Positions 57,155 through 64,000 of a stretch of DNA of 64,000 bases are shown one piece after another. How positions within the stretch are numbered: the first letter of the stretch is position 1; each line of letters starts with the position of its first letter. This DNA is from Octopus vulgaris (taxonomy: Eukaryota), in the NCBI GenBank assembly GCA_951406725.2, contig OX597823.1:109554001-109618000 (forward strand), read 5' to 3'. The position numbers and the translations under genes were made by a program. The notes under the pieces are model-generated. The model did not search any database. It was not told where the DNA came from and was given only the letters and a program-made list of their open reading frames with translations.

Positions 57155-57198
<44 letters not shown>

Positions 57199-57320
57199 CA
57201 TGGTCCCTTTTCCCTCTCTGCTTCTTTCTTTCATTCTTTCTCTGTATGTGTGTATGTATGTATATATATATATATATATATGTATGTATATATATATATA
57301 TGTGTATGTATGTATGTAGG

Positions 57321-57370
<50 letters not shown>

Positions 57371-57378
57371 TACATACA

Positions 57379-57412
<34 letters not shown>

Positions 57413-58214
57413 ATATTATACATGCATACATGTATGAATAGACACAGACACACACACGGTCACACACATATATGAGTAAACACAATCTAGAAACATTGCG
57501 AACGTGAGCTGATCACCGTGTCAGTCGATCAACATTTTGCATTGGTATTAATAGTAATAATATAGAGTTACTATATTTACGAAGACTACAAGCACCACAA
57601 ATACAATCGCCGCCACAACCCTACCCCTGCAGTATCACCACCACATTTACCACCCAAACAACCACCACTACCATTGCCAATTACCACCACCATCACAACC
57701 CACATGAAGTGATCAGGCTGTTGTCCTTGCCTCCATCAATCATTTAACAGTGTAGATGCTATTTTCTTCTCTTTTAAATTTTTTTCCTGTGTCCGGCAAG
57801 CCACTTTGTCCGACAGTTGTATTAATTATCGTTATATATATGCGAGATATTTTATTGTGCAAACAAAGCGAAGGGTAAGCTAGGGTCGAATATATTTTAA
57901 TATGACGGAAATTATTGCTGTAGAAATAGAAATATCATACATGTCGCCATTTCTACATTTAGAAAATATACATACTAGACAGTTTATTCAACAGGGTGTT
58001 TGTATAGCTTTGTTTCCTTGCTTTTCTTTGCTCTCTCCTTTTCCTGTCATATTCTTTCTGGTGGTGGACTCTGTGTCCTGAGTATGTATACATTTATATA
58101 TATATATATATCCACTGATACATGCACATGCATTCATATATGCATAGACAGATACATACATACATACATACATACATACATACATACATACATACATACA
58201 TACATACATACATG

Positions 58215-58430
58215 TTCGTTCCTTCTTGAGCCACGCCCGGCTCATAGGGCCGGTTTTCGTGCCGTATACATTTTCATCTGCTCAGGACGCCAGTCCGTCG
58301 CAGAATTACACAACTTTTGCCAGCTGAGTTCACTGGACCAATGTGAAATAAAATGTTTTGCTTGAAGGCACAACGCTCAGCCGGCAATCGAACTCACAAT
58401 CTTACGATCGTGATCCGAATACGGTAACCA
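58215..58430 (-). mobile_element. SINE family C, decayed
   Basis: Reverse complement contains CTGCGACGGACTGGCGTCC and CCCTATGAGCC..CGTGGCTCAAGAAGGAAC, as in the copy at 62081. Confidence 0.75.
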
Positions 58431-58930
58431 AAACTTAGAAGGCTTTCACTAACAAAAGCTCCCTTCAATATTAATAAATTAAATCTAAATACTATGTGAC
58501 TAACAACAAAGTTCTGGAAAGTGCGAAGAGTCAAAGTATCGAATCAGTGATTATGAAACACAGTCTTCGATTCTCAGGACACGTAGCAAAAACGGAGGAG
58601 TCAAGATTCCTACACGAAATCTCATTCAGCAATCTGTCTTCAGTGAAAAGGCCAGGGGTTGTCCTCTTCGATGATATAAGGAGCAACTCATAGCAACACT
58701 GAAAGTCACTGGCCTTGAATGTAAATCGTTCGAAACACAAGCCGGAGACCGTATAAATAGGCTGTGTTCCATCACAACATCTTTGAAGCCACTAAGACAC
58801 AAAAGGAAGAAATCAAATGGCAAGAGAGAAAGACTCAAGGAAATCTACCTCGTCCTTCACAATCATTTAGCATGCAGTAAATGCCATCCACTCTTCCGAG
58901 CAAGAATTGGTCTACATAGTGGTTAACGCC
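58431..58930 (+). mobile_element. RTE-clade LINE 3' fragment
   Basis: VTNNKVLESAKSQSIESVIMKHSLRFSGHVAKTEESR (cf. LRW.GHV.RM...R) and terminal CSKCHPLFRARIGLHS zinc-finger-like motif. Confidence 0.8.
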
Positions 58931-58982
58931 TTTGCCATAAAGGGAATTTTCAGCAAATATACGAGATAAACCTGAAGACATA

Positions 58983-59083
<101 letters not shown>

Positions 59084-59105
59084 ATATGTATGTATGTATA
59101 TATAT

Positions 59106-59149
<44 letters not shown>

Positions 59150-59153
<4 letters not shown>

Positions 59154-59356
59154 AATGCAGCACGGATTTTTGTCAGTGAACAGGTCGCGGATTTTAGCGA
59201 CGAAAATATTTTGACAAATTAAACTTAAATGTTGGAGTGAATCGAACGGCTTTTGTGTGTTTCTTAAATGGCTTATAAACACCTTCCACGCTGCAATTGT
59301 TTTCGTTTCAGCACACGATCTCAGATCAAATTACTTGCTATGCGAGTACATCTCCG

Positions 59357-59358
<2 letters not shown>
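59150..59358 (+). mobile_element. Short element embedded in (TA)n, probable Penelope-like pLTR fragment
   Basis: Unique ~210 bp segment with (TA)n on both sides, carrying a hammerhead motif. Confidence 0.55.
59169..59218 (+). ncRNA. Minimal type I hammerhead ribozyme motif, G3-C8 core variant
   Basis: Stem I TTTGTCA/TGACAAA, core GTGAACA plus G, stem II GTCGC/GCGAC, GAA, palindromic stem III AATATT, U17. Confidence 0.75.
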
Positions 59359-59390
<32 letters not shown>

Positions 59391-62080
59391 TCAGGTGTAG
59401 AAGTGATTGTTGGAGTAAAGTCTACGTATCTTACTGGTTGGAAAGCAATTTGGAGAAGTTAGGCCTCACGAAGCCAGAAAGACGTGTATATCAACGCGTA
59501 TATAACCACGTAGGCAATGTCTGCATGGACAAATATATACATAAAGAGGCTCTGAGGAGATACATACATTATAAATACGTATAATATTTGTGTGTGTGTA
59601 TGTGTTGTGTATACACGTATTGATATGCTCGATGTTGTCCAATCTGTGAAGGCCCTTGCTTTTCGGGTTGGAAATTTGCTCTTAATGTTGAAAATGTGAA
59701 ATATATGATTTGAACCTACATACAGGTATACATCTATACATACATAAATACATACAAATATAATACATACATAAATACACTCGCACGTAATATATACATA
59801 AATACGTCCTTAATACATGCAGAGCATTCTGTTTGTCTGCTCATCTTGAATGAGCCGTTAACACCGTCGCTCTGGCTGAAGGAATTATCAACCAAATCAC
59901 TTTCAAATGCTATCTTACCATATTAAGAAATAAGGATGCATATGTGTGCGTGAGTATCTCAATATATTCACTCATGTGTCTCTTTGTTTACAATAGACAA
60001 GACAGCCAAATGAACCGGACATGTCAGACAAATAGGCTAAAATAATAAACCACACACATAGACGTACGCTCACACACGTGCACACATCCATATACGTATA
60101 CGTACACACACACACAAACACATATATATGTGTATCACGGGAGATAACTCTTTGGTTGCAGTTTATCAATATGATGACAGCGAGTTAACGCTCTAAAAGC
60201 CTCCATATATTTCACTGAGCAAAAGAAGCATGGCAGTTGTCCAAGAGTGGGAAAACGGCTTTCAAAACTGACATTAAGCTATATCGAATATAGTTAAGCA
60301 ATATCAGACATGTCTGCCAAACGTGCAGCCATTATCTTTCAACAGAACGTCAATGACAATATGTCATTCACCATAGTTTGGCAGCTATGTAAAGATCGAT
60401 GGGGGCTGCGATGTTGAGTGGCTGCGGAAGTCGTAAATGGTAAAAGTTTCAAATTGCTGTTATTGAAAAGCAATAAATGTAAATACCACAGCAATTTGTT
60501 CTCTGTTCCCCCACATATTAGATATGTGTATATATTTACATACATAAGTACAGTCACATACTCACTCAAGCACATACACACATTCATCTAATATCTTACC
60601 GGTTTCAGTCATTCGTTTGTATATTAGGATATTTTTAAGGGTTCTAAGCGATCATACTGACCCTAGTATTTCACTGGTTTATCCATATATAAGTAAATTG
60701 ATGCCATAATCTTGAATGGAAAAGTGGGTGTTGCATGTATAATATAGTTTTAACATAAGTATTGCTAAATTACAACGATGAGCTCAAACGTAACTTTGCG
60801 GTGTTTGAAAGAATTGCAATGTGAGGACTCAAGAATTAGAGAAGAATATTAAGTTTAAGCATTTTGCGGGAAAATACTTTGGTTTTTGTTTTCCGCTGGT
60901 TGTGTAGCTGCTTTCACTACGTACCTGATCACCTGAAAATGATCCCTACTAACCCTATATTAAGAGGAAGTTTCAATGTAGATAAACATCACACTATGGA
61001 ACTCTATTTAAACGCTATGGAACTGTATTTTAATGCTGATAATTAAGAAACATTATGGTAACCAATTCTTCACAATGCAATATAGAACCACGTTGCATAA
61101 ATATACAAACATACTTTCCTTGCTTCCATCGTCTCACCTTAATCGTTCGTTGCCTTTCAAAACTATGTAGAAATATCTTCTGTTATGATATTTCTTCAAC
61201 TAAATACCTCTGTAACAACACACCTGTGCTTCTAGTTCCTCTAGTTCCTCAGCGAAAGTTCTGAAGTAGGCAATGGCTACAGTCCTTATTCAAAATAGTT
61301 ATCATTCTACTCATCACCAAAGCATCTACTGCTGCATGTTCTGCTTAATCAACTAAACTTCATCTGTAAAACAAAACTTGATCCTGACATTCTAAACACC
61401 TCTTATATCAGACTTATATTGTTTAATATTTAATTCTATAATCTAAAACAACAACAAAAAATAAACAAATATATACATAGCTTGCATTCAGTTTTCATTA
61501 CCATTAAGCTATCCACTCCTTTCACTTGATCCTTAACCTCTTACAACCGTTTAAACCGATTTTCTGTGTAAACGTACGAAAGTGTTTTACCATGTAGTAA
61601 CCATGAGATTTTTAGCCGTACAACGTCCTTGCTAAGTTTAATAAAGAAATATTTTTGTATCCAACCCAAGATTATTTCAATAAAAATTAAAGTAACAGTT
61701 TTTTTTAATCATTAATATTTGATGCATTTAATGTTATTTACAATCAATGTAATAAACTTCATGATTATCAATTGCCAAGGAAACATTAAAATCATGGAGA
61801 ACATGCAGATCTCAGGATATCTGGTTGCAGAATATAGCGAAATGATTTAGTAGTATAATCGCTGGTCCTAAAGGAAGCATTAAACCAATTGATCAAAGTA
61901 AAAATATACTAATTAACATGGCAAACAGGGGTGCTTCTCTTTGCTTGCTCGACCTATTAGAAGTAATACCCAACTTTCTTTGAAATCATATCCTAGTTTA
62001 TAAAGACACAAAGATGGATTTCACAAAGGTGTAATTGTAAAAGTAGCTACGGTATTTATCCCAAGTCTATTAAATTAAGG

Positions 62081-62383
62081 AGGCACATGGCCTAATGTTT
62101 AGAGCAGCGGACTCGCGGTCGAGGGATCGCGGGTTCGAATCTCAGACCGGGCGATATGTGTGTTTATGAGCGAAACACCTAAGCTCCACGCGGCTCCAGC
62201 AGAAGGTAATGGCGAACTTCTGCTGACTTTTTTCGCCACAACTTTCTCTCACTCTTTCCTCCTGCATCTAGCAGCTCACCTGCAACGGACCGGCGTCCCG
62301 TCCAGGTGGGGAACCTATACGCCATGGTAACCGGGAAACCGACCCTATGAGCCAGACGTGGCTAGAGAAGGAACAAACAACAA
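62081..62383 (+). mobile_element. SINE family C (tRNA head plus V-like domain), young copy with 14 bp TSD
   Basis: Box B GGTTCGAATCTC, CCTGCAACGGACCGGCGTCCCGTCCAGG domain, (CAA)n tail; CTATTAAATTAAGG at 62067-62080 and 62384-62397. Confidence 0.92.
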
Positions 62384-62787
62384 CTATTAAATTAAGGCTC
62401 ACTTTTGGCTAAATAACGACAAAAACAAGAAATTTAGTCGTCACAAGCTAGTGAGTATGGTTCAGCAACATTTACTGAGCTTTCGTTGATTGTTGAAGGA
62501 ACTTATGCAGTTGCGAGATGAAAAAGATGTCCTCTTGGCCCCTCCAATCGTGACGCAACAGAACGTCGAATATGTGACAGCTGCAAGGGAAGAAAATCGC
62601 AGCAACACTCAATAGGTCGTCGTTTTGAACTAAGGAGACTGGAGGAATGTGAAGTGGTATATCTTGTTCAGAGACACTACGCTCTACCCGATACAGGAGT
62701 CGAACTCATGACGTTATGATTCTGAACGCAACTCGCTAGTCCACTTGACTGTGTAATAAGACTATGTCATTATTTATATTGCTGTAA

Positions 62788-62965
62788 AGGGGGCGAGCTT
62801 GCAGAATCGTTAGTACCCCGGGCAAAATGCTGAGAGGTATTTCGTTCGTTTACACATTATGAGTTCAAATTCAGTAGAGGTCGACTTCATATTTCATCCT
62901 TTCCTGATCGATAAAATAAGTACTAGTTGAGTATTTTTGGTCGACGTAATCGACTATCCCCCACC
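62788..62965 (+). mobile_element. SINE family A, decayed
   Basis: GGCGAGCTTGCAGAATCGTTAG head and TTTCATCCTTTC..TCGATAAAATAAGTAC domain. Confidence 0.8.
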
Positions 62966-63214
62966 CGCATGCAACGAACTTATTTACTACAAAGTGGTAC
63001 TTGCCATTGTCAGCTGAATTATTTAGTTATAAACACAGAGTATTTAAGTTCGATGCTTTATCGACTCGCTAAACAACTGCTCTAAAATGTGAGGTCACCG
63101 CTCTAAAGGATAAGTTTGCTAGGTAGCACCGAGAATCTATTTTCATTTATTTGAATCCCAGTTTTCTCTAATCTAAATGAAAATGTCTGAACGCTGCAAG
63201 AAAACTCACACAAA

Positions 63215-63432
63215 ATAAAAGCTTCATATTTTGGCACAAGACCAGCAGTTTTTAAGGGGAAGAGAAGGTCGATTGTATCGACCTTAATACTTGACTTGTA
63301 CTTATTTTATTGATTCAGAAATGATGTAAGGCAAAGTCGACCTCGGCAGCATTTGAACTCAGAAAGTAATGACGGACAGAATGCCGTTAAACATCTTGTC
63401 CAACTTGTCCATCTTGTCCAACTTGCTAACGG
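63215..63432 (-). mobile_element. SINE family A, decayed
   Basis: GGCAAAGTCGACCTCGGCAGCATTTGAACTCAGAA is the reverse complement of the family core. Confidence 0.75.
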
Positions 63433-64000
63433 CTCTCTCTCTCTCTCTCTCTCTCTTTACACACACACACACACAAGTACATTTGTCATTAAGCTGTAAG
63501 AACATCGTAAATAGTGATAGAATTTGTAGTCAAATAGTCATAAATTTACACTCTAAATATTTAAAAGAGGAAAGGTCACACTAAGCAATGTAGTTCTTGA
63601 GCGACAAATAGACAGATAGCCATTGGCCAACTCGATGCAGACTCAGGATTAAACAACAATTACAACATCATACCCTCGTTTTACAATATGATTCATGCCA
63701 CGCATCAATGATGGTTACGAACAACCATCATCATAGGCGTAAGAAATTATTAATGCAGCTGAGGTTTAAGGGAGACCAAATGCGAAACCTTTTAGCCATA
63801 TAAGTCCATATCTTTATCAGTCAAGCTAGTTGTCTCTATAATAGTTAGAGATGTAACGATAATAAACTAAGTATATTTTATTTAGTTTTCCTTGTGTATA
63901 TTTTTATTTCTATTTTGCATTCTTTTCCCCCACCTCTACCGAACAAAGCTTCGTTGAAATCAGGCCAAGCCACACTTCGGTTTTCATCCTTCTGTAATCA

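Noticed and set aside
62081-62152. tRNA-like sequence
   Set aside because: It is the head of a SINE: it continues into a SINE body and tail and is bounded by a TSD

Overview
This is AT-rich, gene-poor eukaryotic DNA (intergenic or a large intron), with no bacterial-type genes, rRNA, true tRNA or CRISPR array. The extreme di-, tri- and tetranucleotide microsatellite load and the tRNA-derived SINE families resemble an octopus/coleoid cephalopod genome (inference). The only long intact ORF is a young, 5'-truncated CR1-clade LINE reverse transcriptase (41157-42712, minus) nested inside a SINE. The rest is three SINE families and decayed mariner, R4/Dong-like, RTE, Tx1/L1 and Penelope (GIY-YIG) elements. 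The most notable hidden signal is a set of type I hammerhead ribozyme motifs with palindromic stem III, typical of Penelope-like elements. One is near-canonical with a long stem II and an inverted partial copy (14717-14811), one has an atypical G3-C8 core (59169-59218), and several are half-motifs. Other points: a ~660 bp fold-back inverted duplication centred on an (AT)n tract, SINE multimers with fixed junctions, a two-headed mariner derivative, and one possible host exon. Nearly all listed ORFs are microsatellite artefacts. All family assignments come from recognised motifs, not database searches.
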